Below, one piece after another: positions 10,184 to 20,075 of a stretch of DNA of 64,000 nucleotides. The notes under the pieces were generated by a model that was given only the letters and a program-made list of their open reading frames with translations, had not been told where the DNA came from and did not search any database. The translations under genes and the position numbers were made by a program. This stretch comes from an uncultured Gammaproteobacteria bacterium (lineage in GTDB: Bacteria; Patescibacteriota; Microgenomatia; Levybacterales; UBA12049). The first letter of the stretch is position 1. Each line of letters opens with the position of its first letter. The DNA is taken from contig CAZEJU010000005.1 of assembly GCA_964512695.1 (NCBI GenBank), positions 5,668 through 69,667 on the forward strand. Direction: 5' to 3'.

Positions 10184-11764
10184 TTAACCTTCTGATACTA
10201 TTTTATACGCAGGATGGGAAAGTGGACGGGCAGCACGCTTACGCTCTTCTATCACATGTTTATACCAAAGATCGTATTCTTTCGCTGCTTTTTCCCACGA
10301 GAAGTTAGACTGAAGACAATTTAGAACGAGTTTTCTCCATAATTTTTGCTGTTTATATGTTGTTAACGCCTCGATCATACTTCCATACAGAGCCCATGCG
10401 TCTTTCTGAAAAAACGAAAACCCATTCCCCTTTAGCCTTACTGGATTAAAATCCTCGATAATATCATGTAACCCCCCTGTCCTTCTAACTATAGGAACTG
10501 CACCGTATCGTAGTGCCTCAAATGCAACAATACCTCCTGGCTCGTATAAACTCGGTATTAAAATGAAATCTGCGCCTGCAAATATCTTCCGTGGTAACCG
10601 GAAGTCCGGTTGTAAATGAATCCCTAACTGTGTAGGATATTCTTTTTGTAAGGTAAGCAGTCTATTTCTATACCGATCATCCCCTCCACCCAAAATAATA
10701 ACTTGCACCTCAGGCCTACCAGTTAAAAGGTGAGATAAAGCTTCTATCAGGATATCTAAACCTTTCTGCTGCTGCAAACGTCCAGAGAAAGCAAAAAGCG
10801 GTCGACTTACATCAACAGGTAATAAAAAAACTTTTTGTAAATCGGCTTTATTTATCTTCCGTAATTTAAAATAATTTTTTTCATTAAAAGTTTGTTTAAT
10901 GATCGGATCAGTTGATGAGTTAAATTCCTCTGTATCTAAACCGTTTAAAATACCCGTTAATTTTCCTTTTATCTTTTGAAGAGTTTCATCAAGTCCTTCA
11001 GCATATTCAGGAGTTAGGACTTCTACTGCATGTGTGGGACTTACAGTACTCACAGCATCCGCATAGAGAAGTGCGCGTTTCAGAGGATTTTGTTTTTGTA
11101 GTTTAGGTGAAAGTAGAGCAGATAGCTCACTTTTACCATCATCGAAATCTTCTTTCGCGGCAAATCGATAATCATAGTTTCCTTGATAAGCGAAGTTATG
11201 AACAGTAAAAATGACTGCTGTTTTCGTAAAAAGTTTTTTATATCGTTTATCACGTCGTGCTAGCTCTACCGCATATGCAGTATGCCAATCATTACAGTGA
11301 ATAACATCTGGCCACCAGTCATCCTTCTGTAAAGTTTTACTACGCTGATAGAGCCATTCTAAGCAACCCTTAGATAATAATGCGAAGCGCACATGATCAT
11401 CCCTATATCCGAACACATTAGCTCTGAGTTCATAATATTCTCTATTCTCTAAAAAATATGTCGTAGTTTTTTTCTTCTTTTGATATTTTTTAATATTGCA
11501 AATAAGGTAATCTTTTTTATCTTGTTTTAATTGTTCATCTGTTGCGTTTTGCATAAGAGGTACATGAAGGTCTTTATAAACTATACTCATTCTCCATCCT
11601 TTACTTTCTAATGAAGTGTTTTCCATAGTTCCATATTTTGGTGTAAAGATTCGAACATCATGTCCGAGTTTAGTAAGGGCACGAGGAAGAAAGTACATTA
11701 CTTGGGATAAACCACCGACTGAAACGAAGGGTGCTACCTCAGCACAAACAAATAGAATATTCAC
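10184..11764 (-). CDS. glgA: Glycogen (starch) synthase, GT5
   Basis: Characteristic start MNILFVCAEVAPFVSVGGLSQV (the K/V-T-GGL-ADV region) and a GT-B C-terminal domain. Confidence 0.85.
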   Translation of the reverse strand: MNILFVCAEVAPFVSVGGLSQVMYFLPRALTKLGHDVRIFTPKYGTMENTSLESKGWRMSIVYKDLHVPLMQNATDEQLKQDKKDYLICNIKKYQKKKKTTTYFLENREYYELRANVFGYRDDHVRFALLSKGCLEWLYQRSKTLQKDDWWPDVIHCNDWHTAYAVELARRDKRYKKLFTKTAVIFTVHNFAYQGNYDYRFAAKEDFDDGKSELSALLSPKLQKQNPLKRALLYADAVSTVSPTHAVEVLTPEYAEGLDETLQKIKGKLTGILNGLDTEEFNSSTDPIIKQTFNEKNYFKLRKINKADLQKVFLLPVDVSRPLFAFSGRLQQQKGLDILIEALSHLLTGRPEVQVIILGGGDDRYRNRLLTLQKEYPTQLGIHLQPDFRLPRKIFAGADFILIPSLYEPGGIVAFEALRYGAVPIVRRTGGLHDIIEDFNPVRLKGNGFSFFQKDAWALYGSMIEALTTYKQQKLWRKLVLNCLQSNFSWEKAAKEYDLWYKHVIEERKRAARPLSHPAYKIVSEG

Positions 11765-11832
11765 GAAGCTATTGTATCACAGCATTAGAATCGAAGGAAT
11801 AACAAAAAAACGTCCTTGTTTCATATACGTTC

Positions 11833-12903
11833 ATGTCATACTATAAATATATGCTAGAGAATCAAGAAAAAAATAAGTTCTTAAAATATTTTATTCTTAT
11901 AATACTTGTCGCAGGTTTCATAACCACTTTTATCAGTGGATATATCTTAGGCAGGGTAACAATTGTTGAAAAAAAAATATATTCACAAATAACACCTACT
12001 CAAAAACCAATACCAACAATAGACAACATACAGGTAAATACTCTACCGTTTCTACCAGGAAAATTTTATTTCGACGACACAATAATAGCAATCACAAAAA
12101 CGAAACCTTTAAAAGCTGTTGCAGTAAGCGCGCGACGACTAGAGAACGAAAATGGCTATCTTCATAATACTGGCTTAAGTTTTTTTAATGGTGAAAATTG
12201 GAGTAGGGAAACCGAATCTGCTCAGACATCAGATACAGCTATTCCTCAAGGTAAACTTATTAATTCATGGGATACACAGCTCGATCCTTCACGTGTTCTG
12301 AAGCAGGCTATAACTACAAATCTCAGTATTAATGAAACTTTATTATCAATTGAAACAGGAACGTTGTCTAACGAAATAAGCCTGCGAAGTCTTCCAGGTT
12401 ATACAAAATTCATGTCTGCAGGTAATGGAAAACTAACAATAAACGAAATAAAATATGAAGTGTATATTCTGTATACACAAATTTATTCATTTAATTCATC
12501 AGATATTGCTTTTTATAACCAACCTCTTGATTTAACAACAGACTGGGTAGGATTTTGGGATGAAGAAAGAAACTTTTATCATATCGACATAACCAGAGTA
12601 AAGAAACCTATCCCCACATACCAAACACACACAATTGGAGTCATGAAAGATATGAAAGGTAACGTTTTAAAAACATTTACTGTCAATGTCCAACGAAATT
12701 CTGAAGAGAATCCAGAGAAATATTCAATATTTTTAAATAGCCCTATTAATACGACACTTCAATTCTCACGTATGAATACGCTTGATAAAGCGGTAAATAA
12801 TAATCATATTTGGTTAATGGGGATAATTGAAGGATCAATAATATCTTCAACAGGAAGAAATATAAATGGTATAGGACTAGTAGAATATATTCACGAAAAG
12901 TAA
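11833..12903 (+). CDS. Hypothetical N-terminally membrane-anchored exported protein
   Basis: 356-aa ORF with a single N-terminal TM helix and no recognisable motifs. Confidence 0.45.
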   Translation: MSYYKYMLENQEKNKFLKYFILIILVAGFITTFISGYILGRVTIVEKKIYSQITPTQKPIPTIDNIQVNTLPFLPGKFYFDDTIIAITKTKPLKAVAVSARRLENENGYLHNTGLSFFNGENWSRETESAQTSDTAIPQGKLINSWDTQLDPSRVLKQAITTNLSINETLLSIETGTLSNEISLRSLPGYTKFMSAGNGKLTINEIKYEVYILYTQIYSFNSSDIAFYNQPLDLTTDWVGFWDEERNFYHIDITRVKKPIPTYQTHTIGVMKDMKGNVLKTFTVNVQRNSEENPEKYSIFLNSPINTTLQFSRMNTLDKAVNNNHIWLMGIIEGSIISSTGRNINGIGLVEYIHEK

Positions 12904-12907
12904 AAAT

Positions 12908-13195
12908 TTAAAACCAGGGTCTTTCCGGACTTTGCATCTTTAAAAATAGGCTTAGTAGAACTGCCATGGCGAAAAGAAGAAATAATCCAAGTACCAGGTT
13001 TTTTTTTAACGATGTCCCTGTCAGTTTACTCCAAAATGTTCCTATACCTAAAACAGGTAAAGAAAATCCAGCGATAAGTATCGCTACTAATTTCGCTATG
13101 GGAATTAAAAGAACTGCAGGTAAAATAACAATTGCGTGTGCTGGAGAGACTAAAATAAAAAAAAATAATGAGATTGTAATAAATATTCCCAGCAT
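12908..13195 (-). CDS. Possible small membrane protein (2-3 TM helices)
   Basis: 95-aa hydrophobic ORF. It competes with an overlapping + strand 78-aa ORF, and in AT-rich DNA either could be spurious. Confidence 0.25.
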   Translation of the reverse strand: MLGIFITISLFFFILVSPAHAIVILPAVLLIPIAKLVAILIAGFSLPVLGIGTFWSKLTGTSLKKNLVLGLFLLFAMAVLLSLFLKMQSPERPWF

Positions 13196-13208
13196 ACAGT
13201 AATTATAT

Positions 13209-14546
13209 ATGAAAACTATTTATTATACAGGCGGTTTAGCAGAAACAGTGTCGCACCCAACACAACTTACAGCATCTTTTTTTTCATACTGGTTTACAGG
13301 GAAGGAAAGTTTAGGGAAAGCAATGAAGCTTCTTAAACTTCCATATACTTCTATTTCATTACCTGTGGTAGAGACGCATGATGATGAAATGGTCGTTAAT
13401 CTTCTTCATGAGGAAAAAACACTTTTTGGGAAGACAATTTTTCGATATAAAGATCGAAGTACTCTTCATGAAGAACCAGCATTAACAATTGCTTTAAACA
13501 AAGTATTTCACCCGCTGTATTGGTTAAATACACTCCATATACTTTTCCAACAATCTATGTGGATAGCACACAATAATCAAATTATAAAACGTGCTGAAAT
13601 GCTTATGAGCGAAATCCCAAACAGTAGTTCTGATAAAAATATCGTATCTATTGACACTCTATTAAAAGATACCGTTTGGCCACGAGTAATAGCTATTGGT
13701 CTTGTAACAGAATTTTTCCATCAGCTGTTAAAACATGAAGCAGGATCACAATGGAGCGATATCCAACAATGTATCAGTCAGAAAGTTGGAGAAAATGATT
13801 GGTTCTTTCACTCGATTACTGACCAAGCACTCGTTAAAAATAAACATCTTGATTTTGAGAAGTATATTGAACAATATGGACTGAGATCCGACAGTGATTA
13901 TGAACTAACCAGTCCACGGTGGTATGAACAAAAAGAAATCATAAAAAAAAGAATCACTAACGCTGTAGACGTACCGACACTAAAATATAAAAATATTACC
14001 TTCACTAAACATATCGAAATATTAGTAAATACTTTTGTTACACTACAAAGCTTTCGTACAGAAGCGAAAAGAAAAACACTCCTACATATAGACGCACTTC
14101 GCAGTGCAATTTTACCTTCTTTTCATAATAACTTCGACAGTATGGCTTTACATACACGAGATGAATTATTGTCTGGAAATATTTATATAAAAAAAACCTC
14201 GAAAAAAGTAATGGCAAAGAAAGTACTTTCTAAAGTTTCGAGACAAGGAAAAGGTGTTGCTGTATCAGCAGGTACTGTACAAGGGAAGATAACCCATGTT
14301 AAAAGTATCACACAACATATATCTGAACATAGCATAGGAGTTTTTCCAAACGCTAGCCCGGAATTCGCTTTACTCTATCCGAAATGTTCAGGAATGATTT
14401 TCTTAAAAGGAGGTCAAACATCCCACGGATCTATTGTCGCCCGAGAATTCGGCATCCCAGCACTCATAGATCCAGAAGCTATACATATACCACCAAATAC
14501 CCTCATAGAAATGAATGGGAATAAGGGGATCTGGAAAGTTCTCTAA
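13209..14546 (+). CDS. Protein with a C-terminal PEP-utilising-enzyme mobile (swivel phospho-histidine) domain and an uncharacterised N-terminal domain
   Basis: C-terminal KGGQTSHGSIVAREFGIPALI, matching the GGxTSHAAIxARExGIP phospho-His motif of PPDK/PEP synthase/rifampin-phosphotransferase swivel domains. Confidence 0.6.
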   Translation: MKTIYYTGGLAETVSHPTQLTASFFSYWFTGKESLGKAMKLLKLPYTSISLPVVETHDDEMVVNLLHEEKTLFGKTIFRYKDRSTLHEEPALTIALNKVFHPLYWLNTLHILFQQSMWIAHNNQIIKRAEMLMSEIPNSSSDKNIVSIDTLLKDTVWPRVIAIGLVTEFFHQLLKHEAGSQWSDIQQCISQKVGENDWFFHSITDQALVKNKHLDFEKYIEQYGLRSDSDYELTSPRWYEQKEIIKKRITNAVDVPTLKYKNITFTKHIEILVNTFVTLQSFRTEAKRKTLLHIDALRSAILPSFHNNFDSMALHTRDELLSGNIYIKKTSKKVMAKKVLSKVSRQGKGVAVSAGTVQGKITHVKSITQHISEHSIGVFPNASPEFALLYPKCSGMIFLKGGQTSHGSIVAREFGIPALIDPEAIHIPPNTLIEMNGNKGIWKVL

Positions 14547-14590
14547 AAAAAGATGTTTGTTACCTAAGATTCATTATATAATATGCAGAT

Positions 14591-15541
14591 ATGCATTGTT
14601 GGGAAAAGTTGCCAAGGGAATATTTAGAAAAAATTAAAAAAATTATTCTACCCGAAGAAATTGATGCAGCACTAGAATCTTATTGCAAACCAAAGAAATT
14701 AAGTATTCGCATTAATCAGCTTTTAACTTCAGTTGAGAAAGTGATAGAAGAGTTACAAAATTTTAACATACAGTTTGAAACTATTCCCTGGTACAGAAAT
14801 GCTCTTCTTCTTAAGGACATACAAAAAGAACAAATTACAAATTTAGAACTATATAAAACAGGCCAAATCTATCTTCAAAGTCTTTCAAGTATGATTCCTG
14901 CATTAATTCTTGATCCGAAAGAAAATGAAACTATTTTAGACATTACTGCTGCACCTGGAAGTAAAACTACACAGATTGCGCAAATGATGCATAACACTGG
15001 ACAAATTATAGCAAATGATATAAGTCGAGCTAGATTATATAAACTACAAGCAGTTCTTAAAGATCAACAAGTAAAAAATGTTAAAGTATTACTATCACAA
15101 GGAGAGCATATTTGGAGAAAATATCCCAATTTTTTTGATAAAACACTTGTTGATGTCCCCTGCACAATGGAAGGAAGATTCAATCCAGAAGATTCCAAAA
15201 CATTTGAAGACTGGACACCTAAAAAGTGCGAAAAACTTTCATCTCTCCAAAAAAAACTTCTTCGATCAGCATTTTTTGCGACAAAACCAGAGGGAACTAT
15301 AGTCTATGCTACCTGCACACTTTCTCCGGAAGAAAATGAAGAAGTTGTTGATTGGTTATATAATCAGGAAAATAAAAATATGCTTATAGAAACAATTTCA
15401 TTACCAAATATTTCTTTAAATGAATCTTTACCGTCGTGGAAAGGAAGAGAATTCTCAGCAGGCATAAAAAATACACGAAGGGTATACCCTTCAGAAACCA
15501 TGGAAGGATTCTATATTGCTAAAATTAAGCGCATGCTATAA
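14591..15541 (+). CDS. NOL1/NOP2/Sun (RsmB/RsmF-like) RNA cytosine-C5 methyltransferase
   Basis: SAM motif ILDITAAPGSKT and the two catalytic Cys motifs LVDVPCTMEGR (TC/PC motif) and IVYATCTLSPEENE. Confidence 0.8.
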   Translation: MHCWEKLPREYLEKIKKIILPEEIDAALESYCKPKKLSIRINQLLTSVEKVIEELQNFNIQFETIPWYRNALLLKDIQKEQITNLELYKTGQIYLQSLSSMIPALILDPKENETILDITAAPGSKTTQIAQMMHNTGQIIANDISRARLYKLQAVLKDQQVKNVKVLLSQGEHIWRKYPNFFDKTLVDVPCTMEGRFNPEDSKTFEDWTPKKCEKLSSLQKKLLRSAFFATKPEGTIVYATCTLSPEENEEVVDWLYNQENKNMLIETISLPNISLNESLPSWKGREFSAGIKNTRRVYPSETMEGFYIAKIKRML

Positions 15542-15551
15542 CGCATAAATA

Positions 15552-15917
15552 CTATTCTCCTTTTTTACAGTACCTTTCTACTTTTGCCAATAATGTTTCT
15601 ACATCAAAAGGTTTAGGGAGAAAATCTGTAGCTCCATTTATTTTAGCTATTGCTTCTGCAGAAGGATGAGCTGAAAGTACAATTGCTGGAATTGATCCCG
15701 TTTGCGGATGTTTCTTAAGCAGTATAAGAATATCTGCCCCATCCTTCCCCGATAGTAAAAGGTCAAGAAGTATAACAGAAGGTTTAAATTTTTGGGCAAG
15801 TGAAATAGTTTTATTTCCATCTGTATTTACCATTACCTCGTATCCATCATCTTCAAGAACAAGTTGTATTGCTTCTAAAATTGCAATGTCATCATCGATT
15901 ACAAGTACTTTTTTCAT
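15552..15917 (-). CDS. Single-domain response regulator (CheY-like receiver)
   Basis: MKKVLVIDDDIAILEA..., phospho-acceptor context ILLDLLLSGKDG, and a conserved Lys (PKPF). 121 aa. Confidence 0.8.
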   Translation of the reverse strand: MKKVLVIDDDIAILEAIQLVLEDDGYEVMVNTDGNKTISLAQKFKPSVILLDLLLSGKDGADILILLKKHPQTGSIPAIVLSAHPSAEAIAKINGATDFLPKPFDVETLLAKVERYCKKGE

Positions 15918-16386
15918 TTCTTATGAACATCGTCTATTATAGAGAACTTACATACTTTAATTAATGTTACGTTTTCAGACGGTAGTAACTAATTGGTGCT
16001 AAGCAGCTTTATCGAATTTGTCGATAAAGATAAATAAAACTAAAAGAAATTAGAAAAATGAAGATATTTTTTACAAAGATAAATTCCATACTTATTTCAT
16101 AGTATAGTAATTTTTCTTTGCTGTCTAGTAATAGTTTAGATTTGTAATTACCGTATCAACAAACTTACTAGATATACTGCCATCATTTCAGCACCGATAG
16201 CTAAACTTATTCCCACCATCATTAATGATGCTTTTTCAAATAAACCCAATTGTATATTAATTTTTTTTTGGGATACATCGTAAAAGTAAGAGTATTTTTA
16301 AATGAGCCTAGAAAACATATAATAGAAAAGTTACGTAATGATAAAATTGTAAGAATGTAAGAATAAAGCAAGAGCTAGAAGATTTT

Positions 16387-17151
16387 TTATTTACTATGCT
16401 TTTGGAGTAAACCTTGCAGTCCTTCCACCGCACGAAGCACTTCAATTGGTGTCACGAATACAACGGTATTAGATTGATCAGAAGAAATATCGTTAATTGA
16501 ATTTAAGGTTCTCAAATGTAAAGCACCAGGTTTATCCGCCATAAGAGCAGCTGCTTTCGCCAAATTCTCAGCAGCAATAACTTCTCCCTCTGAGTTAATA
16601 ATCGTCGCTCGACGTTCTCGTTCTGCTTCTGCCTGTTTCGCCATTGTTCTCTTCATTCCTTCGGGAAGGATAATGTCTTTTAACTCAACCGAAATTACTT
16701 CTAATCCCCATTGTGTTGTAGTTTCTTTCACAATATCTTTAATTCTGGTCGCAACTGCATCACGATTAGCAAGTAATGAATCAAGTTCTACTTCTCCAAC
16801 TACATTTCTCATCGTGGTTTGTGCAAGTTGATGAATAGCATAGTAAAAATTTTCCACTTCGAGAACTGCTTTTGAAGCGTTAATGACTTTATAATAAATA
16901 ACTGCTGATATACGCGCAGAAACATTATCCTTCGTGATAGCTTCTTGGTCAGGAACATCAACAGCTTTCGTACGAATATCTACTTTATGATATGATTGAA
17001 TAATGGGCCAAATAATTCTCCAACCAGGCTCCATCATACCAGCATACCGTCCAAAGGCGAACTTGATTCCCCGCTCATACTGATTAATTTGCTTTATTGA
17101 AATAAGAAGTAAAAATAAAAATACAATAAACGGAAGGAAAAGAATCTCCAT
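16387..17151 (-). CDS. SPFH/band-7 (stomatin/prohibitin-like) membrane protein
   Basis: N-terminal TM helix followed by a band-7 domain (GIKFAFGRYAGMMEPGWRIIWP...) and a C-terminal coiled-coil Ala/Glu-rich region. Confidence 0.8.
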   Translation of the reverse strand: MEILFLPFIVFLFLLLISIKQINQYERGIKFAFGRYAGMMEPGWRIIWPIIQSYHKVDIRTKAVDVPDQEAITKDNVSARISAVIYYKVINASKAVLEVENFYYAIHQLAQTTMRNVVGEVELDSLLANRDAVATRIKDIVKETTTQWGLEVISVELKDIILPEGMKRTMAKQAEAERERRATIINSEGEVIAAENLAKAAALMADKPGALHLRTLNSINDISSDQSNTVVFVTPIEVLRAVEGLQGLLQKHSK

Positions 17152-17212
17152 ATATAAGCTTTATACTACTGCTTCTTTTTACAGAATGCAATAGCTCTTC
17201 TATGAGCAATTG

Positions 17213-17794
17213 CTATAAAATAACCCCTGCAGCCTTTAGTGCGGCATAGTGATCGGAACTATTTCTTTTTAAATACTCAGCAACTTTTCCTCTTACCGGA
17301 ATAATTGGTAACTGGTGTTCTTGGGCAAAACGAGTTATTTTTTGAATGGCTATTTCTATATCTTTTATCGATTCGACCATTAATTCTATTTCTCCTACTG
17401 AATAACCAAAATCTAAAGTATCTAAATCAATAATAAAATCATCTTTTTTATATTTTTTTCTTGTAGTTGTTACTGTACAAAACGGCATATACCCACGTTC
17501 TCTAAGCACTTCTGTAAAATTACCTTTTTTTGGTAACGACAGAAAATCCCTGATTTCCTCTTCATTCTCTAATTCTTTATATTGGTCTATCAACCTTCGT
17601 ACATCATGCAAAGGAATTTTAAGTTCCCATTTGTTATCACGACTCCGAAGCCAAAGATCTTTAGTAGTTAATGAATACTTTTGTGTGTCATAGTAAGTAT
17701 CTGTAAATGTCTTCTCACTAAGAAATATCGAATTGGTTATAAGTCTCTCAATATCTTGCTCACGGAGGAAAAACTTTTTTTCAACTTCAATCAT
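17213..17794 (-). CDS. CYTH-domain (triphosphate tunnel metalloenzyme, CyaB/ThTPase-like) protein, putative
   Basis: N-terminal ExExK signature (MIEVEKKFFL) and 193 aa in length, typical of CYTH. Confidence 0.45.
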   Translation of the reverse strand: MIEVEKKFFLREQDIERLITNSIFLSEKTFTDTYYDTQKYSLTTKDLWLRSRDNKWELKIPLHDVRRLIDQYKELENEEEIRDFLSLPKKGNFTEVLRERGYMPFCTVTTTRKKYKKDDFIIDLDTLDFGYSVGEIELMVESIKDIEIAIQKITRFAQEHQLPIIPVRGKVAEYLKRNSSDHYAALKAAGVIL

Positions 17795-17802
17795 AAGATT
17801 GT

Positions 17803-18885
17803 TTAATGAAGATAAACTCCTACTTTTTTTGCTACTTGGTACTCTGGAGTATCCTCTGTAATTTTCTTAAGTTTTTCTACGGCTTCAGAGATAGGTACTG
17901 TTTTCATTTTACCAGCACTTAAACAAACAATTTTATTAAATTCTTTCTTATCGTATGCTTCCATGGCAGCTACACCATATCTACGTGCTAATATTCTGTC
18001 TTCAGCATCAGGAGAACCACCACGCTGTGTATGACCAAGAACAACATTTCTCATTTCAAACTCACCTGGAGCCATATCCTCTACCATATTCATGAGCTGA
18101 AAAGATACTCCACCAAGTTTTACTTCTGAACTAGAACCATATGATTGATGAACAAGTTTATCGCGTATTTTTAAACCTTCTGCAACTACTACAACTGCAG
18201 CATATTCATGATGCTTTCTTCTATTACGTAAGAATTGAATAAACTTATCGGCAGAAAAAGGAAATTCCGGGAGTAAAATCGCACTTGCACCCCCTGCTAA
18301 GCCAGCAAAGAGAGAAATCCAACCGGTATATCTTCCCATACATTCGACAAAAATAACCCTATCATGACTAAATGCAGTTGTCTGGACTTTATCAATTGCA
18401 TCCATTGCTACTCCTACGGCTGTACTAAACCCGAATGTTTGGTCTGTGCTTCCTAAGTCATTGTCAATAGTTTTTGGTACACCGATAATATTTACTCCAT
18501 ATTCAGCTAGTTGTAAACCTCCGGTCATAGTTCCATCACCACCTATGAGGATGAGACCCTCAACTCCTAACGTATCAAGATGCTGCTTTGCTTCTTCTAA
18601 TATCTCCTTAGGTATTTCCCCTTTTGAACCTTCTCCTACTTTCCCTCCAAATCTTCCTTTATTTGTCGTGCGCAATATAGTGCCTCCAAGATAACTGATA
18701 TTTTTAACAGAATCTAACGTTAACTCTCGATACATAAGAGGAGACAGAAGCCCTTCCCATCCTCTTTCGAAACCAATAAATGAATATCCAAGGGGTGTAC
18801 CACTTTTAACTACAGCTGAAATAACAGCATTAATTCCTGCACAGTCTCCACCAGCATTAACAATTCCAATTTTTTTCTTTGACAT
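17803..18885 (-). CDS. pfk: 6-phosphofructokinase (PfkA family)
   Basis: KKIGIVNAGGDCAGINAVI, GGDGT, PKTIDND, GHTQRGG. Residues equivalent to E. coli 104/124 are G/K. Confidence 0.85.
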   Translation of the reverse strand: MSKKKIGIVNAGGDCAGINAVISAVVKSGTPLGYSFIGFERGWEGLLSPLMYRELTLDSVKNISYLGGTILRTTNKGRFGGKVGEGSKGEIPKEILEEAKQHLDTLGVEGLILIGGDGTMTGGLQLAEYGVNIIGVPKTIDNDLGSTDQTFGFSTAVGVAMDAIDKVQTTAFSHDRVIFVECMGRYTGWISLFAGLAGGASAILLPEFPFSADKFIQFLRNRRKHHEYAAVVVVAEGLKIRDKLVHQSYGSSSEVKLGGVSFQLMNMVEDMAPGEFEMRNVVLGHTQRGGSPDAEDRILARRYGVAAMEAYDKKEFNKIVCLSAGKMKTVPISEAVEKLKKITEDTPEYQVAKKVGVYLH

Positions 18886-18979
18886 ACAATTTGTTCAATC
18901 CGTATTTTAACGCAAAGCAAGAGTAACTGCAATGTATCGTAACTTATACATGTATACTTTAGAGAATTCCGGTGATATC

Positions 18980-20062
18980 TTAGCGATAAAATTCTTTTAT
19001 ACGTTGAGTTACTGTTAACACTTCTTCGTCCAAAAGAAATTGATGACACGGTAAAGAAAGAATATGCTCTGCCTTATATTCGGTAATTGGAAGTGCTAGT
19101 TGATTAAACTCTGGATAACAGTCTTGTTTATGAATTGGCACCGGATAATGAATCAGCGACTGCACATTATGCTCTTTAAGATAAGTTTGTAAGGCATCAC
19201 GTTTCTCTACTTCTATAACAAAAAGATGAAACGTATGCAAGGCGTTTTCTCTTAATTTCGGTAACGTCAATCCATCAATGTTTAATAGTTCTTTTTTATA
19301 GAGTTCTGCTATCTGGTTTCTTCGTATGTTACCTTCACTAAGATAAGGAAGCTTTACACGTAAAATTCCAGCTTGAATTTCATCGAGCCGGCTATTTATA
19401 CCTTTAATTTTATGATGATACCTATCTTTTTGTCCATAATTACGAAGCATTTTACATACCTCATATAACTCTTGAGAATTTGTCGTTATCGCGCCTCCAT
19501 CTCCGTATCCTCCTAAATTTTTTGTGGGATAAAAACTAAAACATCCCAAAGTACCAAGTGCCCCAGCTTTTTTCTGAAAAAATTCAGCTCCAGCTGCCTG
19601 ACATGCATCTTCAACTACAGTAAGATTATGTTTTTTAGCAATCTCATTAATTGTATGCATATCTGCTATCTGGCCGAAAAGGTGTACTGGGAGAATTATT
19701 TTCGTTCGCGGAGTTATATACTTCTCAATACTATTTACATCCATATGAAAATACTCATCAATATCTATGAATACTGGTTTTGCACCGACATTGGTAATAG
19801 CTAGCGTAGTTGCTACAGCAGAATTTGAAACAGTGAGAACTTCATCATCCTTACCCACACCTAATGCCATAAGCGATATCTGTAAGGCCTCTAATCCATT
19901 TGCTACACCGATAGCATATTGCGTACCAATATATGAAGCGAAATCTTTTTCAAACTCTTCAACTTGTTTTCCCAAGATATACCATCCACTTTCCAATGTT
20001 TCTGTAACTGCTTTAAGAATAGAATCTTTATGAAACAGGTATTCTTTTTTAAAATCGTTCAT
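18980..20062 (-). CDS. DegT/DnrJ/EryC1/StrS-family PLP-dependent sugar aminotransferase (FdtB-like)
   Basis: The family pattern is present (ALGTLGCFSFYPTKNLGGYGDGGAITT). Start placed at the internal Met (MNDFKKEY) just downstream of the stop of the preceding cupin gene. The ORF-track start at 20155 would overlap that gene by 80 nt. Confidence 0.75.
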   Translation of the reverse strand: MNDFKKEYLFHKDSILKAVTETLESGWYILGKQVEEFEKDFASYIGTQYAIGVANGLEALQISLMALGVGKDDEVLTVSNSAVATTLAITNVGAKPVFIDIDEYFHMDVNSIEKYITPRTKIILPVHLFGQIADMHTINEIAKKHNLTVVEDACQAAGAEFFQKKAGALGTLGCFSFYPTKNLGGYGDGGAITTNSQELYEVCKMLRNYGQKDRYHHKIKGINSRLDEIQAGILRVKLPYLSEGNIRRNQIAELYKKELLNIDGLTLPKLRENALHTFHLFVIEVEKRDALQTYLKEHNVQSLIHYPVPIHKQDCYPEFNQLALPITEYKAEHILSLPCHQFLLDEEVLTVTQRIKEFYR

Positions 20063-20075
20063 TACTATCATAGTT

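Noticed and set aside
12966-13202. 78-aa + strand ORF overlapping the 95-aa minus-strand membrane ORF
   Set aside because: Only one of the two overlapping ORFs can be real, and neither has supporting motifs. The hydrophobic minus-strand one is kept at low confidence and this one is dropped.
16150-16240. 25-aa hydrophobic micro-ORF (MMVGISLAIGAEMMAVYLVSLLIR) on the minus strand in the 469-bp gap upstream of the SPFH gene
   Set aside because: There is no Shine-Dalgarno and no conservation evidence. It is too short to support from sequence alone.
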